A DNA stretch of 58,557 bases from a virus, in the UHGV virus genome UHGV-0155918; one strand, written 5' to 3'. Each line of letters starts with the position of its first letter. Position 1 is the first letter of the stretch. Positions 37,213-47,816 of the stretch are shown piece by piece. The notes under the pieces are model-generated. The model saw nothing but the letters and a program-made list of their open reading frames with translations, had not been told where the DNA came from and ran no database searches. A program made the position numbers and the translations under genes.

Positions 37213-37281
37213 GAAAATATATCGAACAAATATTCGAACGTAACTTATAAACCATTTTTATTATAGAAAGGAATTAAAAAC

Positions 37282-37662
37282 ATGGACAAAATTATTTTGA
37301 AAAACAAAACAGAGTTCGAGATCGCCGAAGGAGCGAGTCTCGGCAATATTCAGATTCAGTCGAAAGACTTTGATGGAATCAAGTCAATCACAGATGCCTT
37401 TTCGGAAGAGAACATCTCAAAGGTTACATTTACGCACAACGATCAGACTTCCGGTGAGTATGATGATCTTAAGTATGAAGGATTCTCATATATGCCTAAC
37501 ATGGGCGAAGATGGCACAGAAGACGGTACATATACCGTTACTATCAGGTTGCGAACAAAAACGGAAATGGAAAAGGCAATTGATGAGCTTAAAGCAGGAC
37601 ACGAAGCAAACGCAGAAGCAATCGAAGAATTGGCAAGCATTACCGCAGAAAGTGAGGTGTAG
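37282..37662 (+). CDS. tail-associated hypothetical protein (XkdW-like position)
   Basis: AAGGA RBS; C-terminal coiled coil AIEELA. Confidence 0.75.
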   Translation: MDKIILKNKTEFEIAEGASLGNIQIQSKDFDGIKSITDAFSEENISKVTFTHNDQTSGEYDDLKYEGFSYMPNMGEDGTEDGTYTVTIRLRTKTEMEKAIDELKAGHEANAEAIEELASITAESEV

Positions 37663-37665
37663 GAT

Positions 37666-37791
37666 ATGGTTAAATTCTACGTGAGACGTATTCTGGTAGA
37701 CAAGAAGATGACGATTGATGAAGTGCCGATGCGTTGGCGCGCAAAAGTGCAAGAAGAGATTGAGAAACAGCTTACCGCTTCTCTGCAATGA
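37666..37791 (+). CDS. small CD1375/XkdX-like protein
   Basis: MVKFYVRRI...TIDEVPMRWRAKVQ. Confidence 0.75.
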   Translation: MVKFYVRRILVDKKMTIDEVPMRWRAKVQEEIEKQLTASLQ

Positions 37792-37925
37792 TGTTTTCTG
37801 TCGAAACTTGCGACCGAAAAATGTTGAAATCATGCATCTTGCAGTGATACTATGGACTTGTCCGAAAGGACACTTCAAGTTCTGGTGGGGGCAAGGCTTG
37901 GCATTGTCTTGCCCTCAAATTATCG

Positions 37926-37954
37926 TTGACTATACAGAACGTATGTTCTATAAT
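37926..37954 (+). promoter_or_regulatory. sigma-A promoter with LexA (SOS) box in spacer
   Basis: TTGACT-17-TATAAT enclosing AGAACGTATGTTCT (GAAC-N4-GTTC). Confidence 0.85.
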
Positions 37955-37998
37955 AATTGTCGAGGGTAGTTAGCATTTGAATCGAAAGGGTGGGAGCA

Positions 37999-38115
37999 AT
38001 GGATAACAACGAAAACGAGTATTACAAAAGCAAAATCATTGAATTGATTGAAAAATGCGACAATACTAGATGGCTTCGAGCCATATACGTATTTGTAAAA
38101 GAACTGTTAAAATAA
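37999..38115 (+). CDS. SOS-inducible 38-aa putative antirepressor
   Basis: MDNNENEYYKSKIIELIEKCDNTRWLRAIYVFVKELLK; convergent with repressor. Confidence 0.65.
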   Translation: MDNNENEYYKSKIIELIEKCDNTRWLRAIYVFVKELLK

Positions 38116-38155
38116 GAAGAAAGCCAAGGGTTTGCGCATTGCCCTTGGCTTATTT

Positions 38156-38527
38156 TTATTTCTTCTTTGAAATCATATCAACAAAATCTTCTAGTTTATC
38201 CCAGCCATCTTTATCTAGCTGCGCTAGTGCAGAAATCAATTTCTTTTTAAAATTTCCGTCTTCTGATTTCATAACATCTGCAAGCATTTTTGAAATTTGC
38301 TCATCTTTTGTTTCCGGCATAAACATTTCTCCGTTTCCGGTGCGAAGCCAATCTTCATTAACGTTGCATTTCTCACATACAAGTTTAATAAATGCATCTG
38401 ATGGATTTCTTCTTCCGGATTCATAGCTAGAAATGTTTTCTTTTGATATTTCCAAGTAATTTGCAAATGTTTCCTGAGTTTTCCCATTAGGATTGCTTTT
38501 TCTTATCTCCTTTAGGCGCTCCTTCAT
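38156..38527 (-). CDS. XRE-family phage repressor (no S24 peptidase domain)
   Basis: TQETFANYLEISKENISSYESGRRNP...VNEDWLRTGNGEMF; AGGAGGTG RBS; promoter TTGACA-17-TATAAT at 38578-38550. Confidence 0.9.
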   Translation of the reverse strand: MKERLKEIRKSNPNGKTQETFANYLEISKENISSYESGRRNPSDAFIKLVCEKCNVNEDWLRTGNGEMFMPETKDEQISKMLADVMKSEDGNFKKKLISALAQLDKDGWDKLEDFVDMISKKK

Positions 38528-38587
38528 ATTAACACCTCCTTTCAACTTGATTATACAAGTCACAATCGCAAATGTCAACGACAAAAA

Positions 38588-38659
38588 TTGTACAATGTAC
38601 AAAAATAACTATTGACAAAGATTGTACGGCGTACTATTATAAAAATGTACAAAGTACAA
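38588..38659 (+). promoter_or_regulatory. lytic promoter with three GTAC-N3-GTAC operators
   Basis: TTGACA(38612)-17-TATTAT; operators at 38590, 38624, 38647. Confidence 0.75.
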
Positions 38660-38675
38660 GAAAGGAGGAACAAAA

Positions 38676-38771
38676 GTGAAAAAACCATCTGTTTCAGATG
38701 TTGCATTAGTAATTTCAGCATTTACTTTGCTGTTTCAGATTTTTTGCCATTTTATTTTGCCAAAGCTTTGA
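38676..38771 (+). CDS. 31-aa hydrophobic peptide
   Basis: AAGGAGG RBS, GTG start; MKKPSVSDVALVISAFTLLFQIFCHFILPKL. Confidence 0.6.
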   Translation: MKKPSVSDVALVISAFTLLFQIFCHFILPKL

Positions 38772-39114
38772 CAAAATCAATTATTTCTGAATGATGTACA
38801 GCAAATTCCATTAAAGCACATATGATAGAAAGAACCACAGAAATCCAACCTTTAATATCCGCTTTGCTTGATGTTTTTAATGCAACATCAGCTTGCGTTT
38901 TGGAACTTTCAGCAATCTCTTTAGCTGAATCAGCTTGCAACTTTGCAGAGTCGGCAATATCGTGAAGTTCTTTGCTTGTTTGCTCAATAAAAGTGGTTTG
39001 AGCTTCCAACATTTCAATCGGGGATTTGCCATCTTTGTATCTAGGCATTTCGATGTTTGTGACGGATTTGTTGAAAAAATCATCCAATTGTGGACGAGTA
39101 GGTATGTAGCGCAT
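38752..39114 (-). CDS. membrane protein with coiled coil (moron)
   Basis: AAGGAG RBS; C-terminal TM GWISVVLSIICALMEF. Confidence 0.75.
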   Translation of the reverse strand: MRYIPTRPQLDDFFNKSVTNIEMPRYKDGKSPIEMLEAQTTFIEQTSKELHDIADSAKLQADSAKEIAESSKTQADVALKTSSKADIKGWISVVLSIICALMEFAVHHSEIIDFVKALAK

Positions 39115-39169
39115 ATGGAAATCTCCTTAAGTTTTTAAGGAATTATATCATGGAAAGGAAGTGAATTCA

Positions 39170-39331
39170 ATGAGTGAAAAGGAAAAGCGCGTTGTCGAAA
39201 AACTTCGTGATGCCATTCCGAATATGACAGATTTTCAGAAAGGATATGTTCTTGGAATGGTTGAGAGTTCTGCTTCGAAACATAGTGAGCAGGGCGAGGA
39301 AAACGAAACACATAATGGAAAGGAGAATTAA
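39170..39331 (+). CDS. small helical early protein (53 aa)
   Basis: AAGGAAG RBS; MSEKEKRVVEKLRDAIPNMTDFQKGYVLGMVE. Confidence 0.7.
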   Translation: MSEKEKRVVEKLRDAIPNMTDFQKGYVLGMVESSASKHSEQGEENETHNGKEN

Positions 39332-39332
39332 A

Positions 39333-39608
39333 ATGAGCAATTTTGAATTTCAGAAAGTTAATTCAAGGGTAATTCGTAGCGGTGACAACTATTTGGCAAA
39401 GGTTGACTCCGCAGAAAGTTTTTCAAGCATTTTCGTTGACGAGGAAACAACATATGGAGTTTCTGTAAGAGATGCACAGATACAGACAGGAGATTCGACT
39501 TACACACATGCAATGGCTTTTACATATTCCATGGAAGATGGTTCTGTGCGCTTTATAGATGTTGTTGTATGTCCGTTACTCGGAACGTTTGTTTCTGACT
39601 GGTACTAA
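39333..39608 (+). CDS. hypothetical protein
   Basis: AAGGAG RBS. Confidence 0.7.
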   Translation: MSNFEFQKVNSRVIRSGDNYLAKVDSAESFSSIFVDEETTYGVSVRDAQIQTGDSTYTHAMAFTYSMEDGSVRFIDVVVCPLLGTFVSDWY

Positions 39609-39635
39609 ATTATAAAGTGGCAGAAAGGGGCATGA

Positions 39636-39866
39636 ATGAAAAAAGTAATCCAATTCATCATAGGTGCGGTTGCAATGGAGTATTCCTTGGTTGCCGCGTG
39701 CTATATGGATAGTGAGGGCGCGGTCGGGAACATTGCGGCTATTAAATTTGTAGCCGGGGCAGTAATTGCGGCAATCATGTATTATTGGTCGGAAGTAGAC
39801 CGAAAGAGAGCCGAACTTGACAAGCGAATTAAGAGAAAACGCAGAATGAGAGAGGATGCATGGTAG
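39636..39866 (+). CDS. small membrane protein
   Basis: Two hydrophobic segments. Confidence 0.7.
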   Translation: MKKVIQFIIGAVAMEYSLVAACYMDSEGAVGNIAAIKFVAGAVIAAIMYYWSEVDRKRAELDKRIKRKRRMREDAW

Positions 39867-40066
39867 ACGTTGTGTATATAAGTGGCACGAGATGTTCCAC
39901 GAAAGAAAAGCGTATGCTTGCTGAACTTTTGGCAGGGAAACGAAAGAAACAGAATGATAAAGAAAATTTTGAAAAGGTTCTTGACAGAGAAATGGAGAGG
40001 AGAAGCAATGGAGAACAGAATAACACTGATAGGCGATGTTGTATCAGCACCAAGGGAAAGTCATAA
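39860..40066 (+). CDS. hypothetical protein
   Basis: GAGG RBS, overlapping operon. Confidence 0.5.
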   Translation: MVDVVYISGTRCSTKEKRMLAELLAGKRKKQNDKENFEKVLDREMERRSNGEQNNTDRRCCISTKGKS

Positions 40067-40592
40067 ATCAAGCGGTAAGATTTTTTATAAATTTTTCATC
40101 GGAGTTGAAAGAAGAAGCGGTGTTGCAGATATTCTTCCGGTACTGTTTGACAAAGAAATCAGCGATACAGAAATCAGCGGAACGGTATGTGTCAAGGGAA
40201 AGATAATTACCCGGCACGTAAAAACAGGGTCTGGGAAAGCCATTCTTATGTATGTTATGGCGGATACAATCACAAAACCAGAGGATGATAGTCCTTTGAA
40301 TGAAGTAAGCCTTGATGGAATTATCGAGGAAAAGCAGCTTAGAGAAACACCACTTGGTCGTAAAATCTGTGATGTGAAACTCAAAAACGTAAGAGAAAAC
40401 GGAAAAGAGGATTTGATTACTTGCATTGCATGGGGAAAGTGTGCAGAGTATACGGACTCACTTGCTTTAGGCGATAAGGTAAGCACATACGGAAGATTAC
40501 AGAGCCGGAGATACAAGAAAACGTGTAAAGATGGTCACGTTATGGAAAAAGTTACATATGAGTTATCAATAAAAGGAATCGTGGGGGTGTAG
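40008..40592 (+). CDS. ssb: single-stranded DNA-binding protein (tandem OB folds)
   Basis: NRITLIG, NEVSLDG...LRETPLGRKIC...ITCIAWG...GRLQSRRY. Confidence 0.85.
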   Translation: MENRITLIGDVVSAPRESHKSSGKIFYKFFIGVERRSGVADILPVLFDKEISDTEISGTVCVKGKIITRHVKTGSGKAILMYVMADTITKPEDDSPLNEVSLDGIIEEKQLRETPLGRKICDVKLKNVRENGKEDLITCIAWGKCAEYTDSLALGDKVSTYGRLQSRRYKKTCKDGHVMEKVTYELSIKGIVGV

Positions 40593-40596
40593 AATA

Positions 40597-42594
40597 ATGC
40601 GAATGATTTTGAAATCGTTACATATAGAGAATTTCAAAGGGGTAAAGGATAAGACATACGAATTTGGCAAGACAACAAGGGTTTCCGGCATGAACCGGAG
40701 AGGAAAGACCACAATCGGTTCAGCATGGTACTGGCTGACGTCTGATAAGAACTATGAACTTGTCAGCAATCCAAATATCAGACCGGACAATATAGAAGAT
40801 TGCATTCCAACCGTTACTGCAGATGTTGATGTAAGTGGAAAAGAAATCACTCTTTCAAAGATGCAGAAGCGAAAAGTTGGAAAGCCGGATAAAAATGGAG
40901 TTTCGAAAATTACAATCACAAATACATATGAGATCAATTCTGTGCCTAAGACAGAACGTGATTTTAAGGCATATCTGGAAGAATTAGGGTTTGAGTTTGA
41001 TAAATTCCTCATTTGTTCGCACCCGAATGTGTTCACTAAGGATTTGTCTTTAAAGAAAAAACAGGATGAAATGAGAAAATCCTTATTCGCTATGGCAAGT
41101 GCAAAAACAGATTTAGAGATTGCGCAAATGAATAAAGAAACTGCGGATGTTGCCAAATTGCTTGAATCCTACAAATTTGAAGAGATTGAAGCCATGAACA
41201 ATGCTTCCAAGAAAAAAGCGGTTGATCAGTTAGACGCTATTCCAAATCAGATCATCGGGCTGGAGAAAGCAAAGGTTGATGTAGATGTGGCAGAGCAGGA
41301 GTTGTTAAAAGCCGATTTAGAGAGAAAGATTGAAGCCCTTGAAGATTTAATGGCGAAATCTGATGTGCGGATTGATGAAATGCGCAGCGAAGAAATGCAT
41401 TGTCAGTTTGAAATGTCAGCTATCGCGCAGACCATGAATAACGAACTTTCAAGTAAGAAACGTGAGATCGAAAATCATAAATACGACCACGAACGGAAGT
41501 TGCAGGATGTTCGTTCATCAATCAAAAAAGCGCAGGATTCCATTGAAAGCAATAAGAAATCAATTTCTGAACAGACTCTTAAGAAAGCTGAACTTGCGAA
41601 AAGGTACAAAGAGGAAAAGGAAAAGAAGTTTGACGATTCCAAGTGGGTATTTGACGAATCCACAACGGTTTGCTCGTTATGCGGACAAAGATTGCCGGAA
41701 GATAAAATAGAGTCTTTAAGAGCCGATTTTTCGCAGAGAAAGGCGGATGCAATCGAAATATTTAATGAAGAACACGCGAAAACACTTGCTATGATTGTTG
41801 ATGATGGAAATGCGTGTGCTGAAATGATTAAGAAACTGACCGAGAATAACAAGGAATTGGAAAACACAATTAACACCTTGAAACTTAATGAAGCGGAAGA
41901 AATTGATATTATCAAAGGATTTGATGAACAGATTTCTAAGATTCCGGATTCCGCTGATTATATGCAGAACGCGGAATATGCCAAGTTAAAGGCTGGACAG
42001 GATAAATTGCTTGCTGATATTGCAGAGTTAGAATCCAAGGGCAAAGATAAGGTGGCTGATTACGCAAAAGCAGATAAAGCAAAATTGAAGAGTCAGCTTG
42101 ACGAAGTGAATAAGATTATCGCACAGTCTGAAAACAATGTTCGCATTGATGAACAGATTGCAGATATGCAACATAAACAGAGCGAGTATGGACAAGCAAA
42201 GGCAGATGCCGAGAGGATTCTTTATCAGCTCAAAGAAGTTTCAAAACGAAAGAATAAGTTACTTGTTGAGGAAATCAATCAGCATTTCGGTATTGTACGT
42301 TGGAAGTTGTTCGATTTCCAGAAGAACGGAGAATATAAGGAAGTTTGTATTCCTACGGTACTTGATGAAGAAACCGGCATTTATAAGGTATTCGGAGATA
42401 CGACAAACACCGGCAGGGAAATTGAAGCGAAGATTGATATTTGCAACAGTTTTCAGAAGTTCTTTAATATGTATGTTCCGATTTTCCTTGATGGTGCTGA
42501 GAGCATCAATGACGAATATGTGCCGGTCGTTGATACCCAGCTAATTCTTCTGACGGTTTCCGAGGATAAGCAGTTGAAAGTGGAGGGTGTGTAA
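40597..42594 (+). CDS. SMC/Rad50-like AAA ATPase
   Basis: LHIENFKG, GMNRRGKTT, CSLCGQ zinc hook, PIFLDGAES. Confidence 0.9.
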   Translation: MRMILKSLHIENFKGVKDKTYEFGKTTRVSGMNRRGKTTIGSAWYWLTSDKNYELVSNPNIRPDNIEDCIPTVTADVDVSGKEITLSKMQKRKVGKPDKNGVSKITITNTYEINSVPKTERDFKAYLEELGFEFDKFLICSHPNVFTKDLSLKKKQDEMRKSLFAMASAKTDLEIAQMNKETADVAKLLESYKFEEIEAMNNASKKKAVDQLDAIPNQIIGLEKAKVDVDVAEQELLKADLERKIEALEDLMAKSDVRIDEMRSEEMHCQFEMSAIAQTMNNELSSKKREIENHKYDHERKLQDVRSSIKKAQDSIESNKKSISEQTLKKAELAKRYKEEKEKKFDDSKWVFDESTTVCSLCGQRLPEDKIESLRADFSQRKADAIEIFNEEHAKTLAMIVDDGNACAEMIKKLTENNKELENTINTLKLNEAEEIDIIKGFDEQISKIPDSADYMQNAEYAKLKAGQDKLLADIAELESKGKDKVADYAKADKAKLKSQLDEVNKIIAQSENNVRIDEQIADMQHKQSEYGQAKADAERILYQLKEVSKRKNKLLVEEINQHFGIVRWKLFDFQKNGEYKEVCIPTVLDEETGIYKVFGDTTNTGREIEAKIDICNSFQKFFNMYVPIFLDGAESINDEYVPVVDTQLILLTVSEDKQLKVEGV

Positions 42595-43338
42595 ATGAAA
42601 GAAGAATTATTGAAAATAGCATCGGAAAGTTTATCTTCGGATGAAGTAAGTGAAATTGTCAAAGAAAAATTTATGAATGCATTGGTGGGAGCAATCGAAG
42701 ATGCTTTTCGTTGGGGAGATGCAAAGCATGCCATTGAGGAAAAGGTAAAAGAAGTCATGGTTCCATACATTGAGAGTTATGATTTTTCAGAGTATCTTCC
42801 CAAACTTGATTCTGTTTTAACAGAGATTGTTAATTCGGATTTCTGTATTGGAAATAAAAAGATTCTGGAGAATTTTAAAGACCTTATGGTGGAGCCGGAG
42901 CAGAAAGAAATCAAACTTACGGATTTGTTCAAGACATGGATTAAACAATGCGAAAGGGATATTGACACAGAAGATTTAGACATTGATTACGATGATGGCG
43001 TTTCTTATCAATCCGTGGAATGTGAAATGCGGTTTGAGCTGGAAGATAAGCCATCATGGAGCAGTGTGCAAAGAGCAGTTATCACATTTGAAAATGAGCA
43101 TGATGAAAAACTGAATGTTGAAATTCCTGTGTCAAAGTGGATATGGGGCAACGGAAAAGAAGAACCATATACACTTTCTTCCTATAAGGATTTGACGATT
43201 TCGTCACTTAGAAACTTGAGTGAATTTGAGGTGCTACTCTTGAGATTATCCAGAGCTGGAACGGCTATCGTTATTGATAAGGAATATGATGACAGTTATA
43301 TTCAACCGGAAAAAGAACCGGAAGCGGATTTTCACTAA
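42595..43338 (+). CDS. hypothetical protein
   Basis: 247-aa ORF in operon. Confidence 0.75.
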   Translation: MKEELLKIASESLSSDEVSEIVKEKFMNALVGAIEDAFRWGDAKHAIEEKVKEVMVPYIESYDFSEYLPKLDSVLTEIVNSDFCIGNKKILENFKDLMVEPEQKEIKLTDLFKTWIKQCERDIDTEDLDIDYDDGVSYQSVECEMRFELEDKPSWSSVQRAVITFENEHDEKLNVEIPVSKWIWGNGKEEPYTLSSYKDLTISSLRNLSEFEVLLLRLSRAGTAIVIDKEYDDSYIQPEKEPEADFH

Positions 43339-43531
43339 GAAAGCGGGGATATTGAATGTCGAGAATAGGAATCGGAAACAACATCACGCAGCCGGATGCA
43401 AGGTGTATGTCGTGCAAGCGTTGGAAGAGCGCAAGCAAGAAAGGATTCTTTGATTTTGCGGAATCCGGACATTGTCCTCTTCCGTATTGCGAGAAAGATA
43501 TGAGAAATAAAGGAAAGAGAGGGTTTAGAAG

Positions 43532-44242
43532 ATGAAACAACAGATTACAGAGGAAATGAAAATCCAGAATGAATGGTACAAAGAAGCGAAAAAACAGACT
43601 GTGGAAACGCTTCCGGAATTTGTAAGGCATTTAACAGAAGACTATTCGCATGATTATGGAACTATTTGCCACGCAGTTGCGGCAGCAGGAATAGCAGCCA
43701 TGTGCGCGGTTGACAATTCTCCGACAGGTGGAATTACCGGATTTCAAGCCGGATGTATTATGTGGCAGGTTATTAGAGAATGGAATTTTCAGAACAATAA
43801 GACAGGGTTGAAAATTCTTGATTATGACAATCTTCTTTATCCGCAGTATAAAGCTTCTTTTATATCTATAAGTAGTAAAATTTGGGAATCTGTCAAGAAA
43901 GAAGCTCAAAACAAAATTAACCAGAATAACGATAAAGTGGAAAAATGGAAGGTTGCTCATGATAAATGGGTTATTGATATGGAGAAGTTTAAAGTGGATG
44001 TTGTGGAATGGCAGAAACAGCATCCGGAATACCCGACATATGAGGACAATCCAAAATTCTATGAGCATCTTGGCTTTGGAACCGAGAAGGAATGGGATGA
44101 GGAAAATAAGAAACAGGAGAGCGGATTTATGTTTGCTCCAATGGAACCATGCAATCCAAGTGCTAATCCAAATGTTATTGCACATTGGGAATCTATTGTT
44201 AATGGAAATGTTCCATTTGGTTTGAAAATTAAGGAGGAATGA
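43532..44242 (+). CDS. hypothetical protein
   Basis: HDYGTICHA...GGITGFQA; 236 aa. Confidence 0.75.
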   Translation: MKQQITEEMKIQNEWYKEAKKQTVETLPEFVRHLTEDYSHDYGTICHAVAAAGIAAMCAVDNSPTGGITGFQAGCIMWQVIREWNFQNNKTGLKILDYDNLLYPQYKASFISISSKIWESVKKEAQNKINQNNDKVEKWKVAHDKWVIDMEKFKVDVVEWQKQHPEYPTYEDNPKFYEHLGFGTEKEWDEENKKQESGFMFAPMEPCNPSANPNVIAHWESIVNGNVPFGLKIKEE

Positions 44243-44245
44243 TAA

Positions 44246-44455
44246 GTGCAGTATATCAAAGCAAAATTTCCAAACAGCACAAGAAGCTATACATACCGCA
44301 CCGAGGATTCTGTAAAAGCCGGTGACATGGTTGTAAATGACAAGGGTGCAAAGCTGACTGTTACGGATGAAACCGTGGATATGAAGTGGGTGGAAACCTA
44401 CGGTGCTGATAAGGTGGCGGTTGTGAAGAAATATGAGGAAAGCGAGGAAAAATAA
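44246..44455 (+). CDS. hypothetical protein
   Basis: GGAGG RBS. Confidence 0.7.
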   Translation: MQYIKAKFPNSTRSYTYRTEDSVKAGDMVVNDKGAKLTVTDETVDMKWVETYGADKVAVVKKYEESEEK

Positions 44456-44814
44456 ATGTTGATTTCAAACTAATCTGAGAAAGGAGAACTATATATGTAT
44501 TTAACGGTAAAAGATGTAAAAGAAATCTTGGATGGGATGCGTAATGATGCGTTGGTTATGACCGACAAAGAGTTTGAAGGACATGCTGCACATAAACTTA
44601 CTGCGTATGAAAGTCCAAGTGGAGATAAGAAAGATTGGGATTTTGTGATTTTAACATGGGAGAAATAGAAAGGAGATAAAATGAAATTCAATTTTATAGA
44701 TTGTATAGAATTTGAGATTGATTGGAAAGCCGTAGCTGCGATTGCAGCATGTGTCTTGGTTATGCAATTATAACAGGCATTTAATGAGATTTAGGAAAGC
44801 GAGGAAAAGCAATT

Positions 44815-45870
44815 ATGGCAGAAACAAAGAAACAGGAAGTTGCAGTTAAGCAGGAAATGAATACAAGGCTTTCGTTCTACGCAAACCAGTATACCGGACT
44901 TATGGAGCGAGATTTCGAGGAACATGGTCTTGTATTTGATGATTATTCAAAACAGTGTGTTATGGCATCAATGAGTGCGATTTACAACCTTGTTACATCA
45001 AATAAGGCAGCTATGGAAAATCTGAATGGTTCTAATTTGCGGCAGGTTATCGGGCAGGTCTCCAGCCTTAAACTTAATGCAAATGCAGTACCGAGAGAGT
45101 GTTATTTCCAGTTGAGAAATAAGCAGGATGCCAATGGAAATTGGTATAAAGAGGTTGAAATGGGTATTGAGGGAGACGGAAACGATGCACTTCTCCGTAA
45201 TTTCGGTGTTGGTGTTAAAAAGGTCTATCCGGTATGGCTTGTGAAAGAAGGGGATGAATTTACATATCCGAAGCACAGAGGTGTTGAAGTTACGCCGCCG
45301 GAGTGGGAAGAAAAAGGATTGTCGCAGAAAGTAATCCGTGTAGTTTATCCAGTCGAGATGGACGGTGGAAAGATTGAATACATGATTGCGGAACGTGAAG
45401 GCGTGAAAGGAAACCTTTTGGCTCATGTGCGCAACAATCTTTTGAATGAAACGTTTGGAATTTGCGAGAATAAGCGCAAGGCAACCGACAAGCAAAAGGC
45501 TGAAATTAAGGCTAAAAAGGACGAGATTATCAGTGCACTTCTCGGATGCAAGACATTGGAAGAAATGCTTGCTTGTGAAGTGGCAAGACCTTATATGAGC
45601 GCGGCGTGGAGAGAAACTTCCGAAGCTATGATTATTCGCAAGATGCGTAATAATGCAATCAAGAAGCATCCGAAAGACCTTAACGCTATGGCTACACAGT
45701 CACTTATGCAGATAGATGAAACTTATCAGCAGACGCAGGAAGAAATTGCCGAAAACGCCAATTCAGAGCCGTTTGTCGTAGCAGAATCCGAAGCGACCGA
45801 CGGTGCAGCAGTTGAGCCGGAGAAAGTCGTTGAGAATGATGAAAACGTACCGGACTTTATGAAAGATTAG
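44815..45870 (+). CDS. RecT-like ssDNA annealing recombinase
   Basis: LKLNANAVPRECYF, VWLVKEGDEF, EAMIIRKMRNNAIK, VPDFM tail. Confidence 0.7.
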   Translation: MAETKKQEVAVKQEMNTRLSFYANQYTGLMERDFEEHGLVFDDYSKQCVMASMSAIYNLVTSNKAAMENLNGSNLRQVIGQVSSLKLNANAVPRECYFQLRNKQDANGNWYKEVEMGIEGDGNDALLRNFGVGVKKVYPVWLVKEGDEFTYPKHRGVEVTPPEWEEKGLSQKVIRVVYPVEMDGGKIEYMIAEREGVKGNLLAHVRNNLLNETFGICENKRKATDKQKAEIKAKKDEIISALLGCKTLEEMLACEVARPYMSAAWRETSEAMIIRKMRNNAIKKHPKDLNAMATQSLMQIDETYQQTQEEIAENANSEPFVVAESEATDGAAVEPEKVVENDENVPDFMKD

Positions 45871-45883
45871 GAGGATATGAATT

Positions 45884-46096
45884 ATGATTTTTGTTAAAAT
45901 TGCAATTTTGTTATGGGTGTTGTTTTTCGTTATAGGAAAGTTTGTTGCTTCCGGCATTAGTCCAGCAGAAGAAATGCGTCATGCTCTCGGCATTCCTTAC
46001 AAGGTCACTTTTGGTAGGGTTGTTGTTGCAATCGTGTTTATAGCCGCACTCATTGATTCATTCGTGGCACTTATTTGGTTTCTGTTTTTTAGATGA
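45884..46096 (+). CDS. small membrane protein
   Basis: Two TM segments; GGAGG RBS. Confidence 0.65.
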   Translation: MIFVKIAILLWVLFFVIGKFVASGISPAEEMRHALGIPYKVTFGRVVVAIVFIAALIDSFVALIWFLFFR

Positions 46097-46107
46097 GGAG
46101 GTTTTCT

Positions 46108-46473
46108 ATGAGAGTTATATCGCAGGACGGAACAAAGGATTTCCCGTATGATAGCAGTTCGGTTTCTGTATATGCAGGATGTATAAATGGGCGCGTTTAT
46201 GTGAGAATGCAGTTATGTGGATATGATGATTCAGTAGATGTTGCAGATTATTCCACCGAAGAAAAGGCAAAGAAGGCTATGGAAATGCTTAGAGTTGCAT
46301 ATATCGGTATGCCTATCGTAATGCAGAATGTTGATATTTCGGAAGATGTGGCAAGGGAATTTGAAAGATTAAAGAAATGCGGCATTATGGTGCAAACAGA
46401 AAATCAGCCGTCAAAAATAGAATGCATTAGCAATGCTATCTTTCAGTTTCCTACAGAGGAAGAATTGGAGTAG
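46108..46473 (+). CDS. hypothetical protein
   Basis: MRVISQDG...YSTEEKAKKAMEML. Confidence 0.75.
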   Translation: MRVISQDGTKDFPYDSSSVSVYAGCINGRVYVRMQLCGYDDSVDVADYSTEEKAKKAMEMLRVAYIGMPIVMQNVDISEDVAREFERLKKCGIMVQTENQPSKIECISNAIFQFPTEEELE

Positions 46474-46476
46474 GGT

Positions 46477-47797
<1,321 letters not shown>

Positions 47798-47816
47798 GGA
47801 AAGTGAGGTGGTTTAA

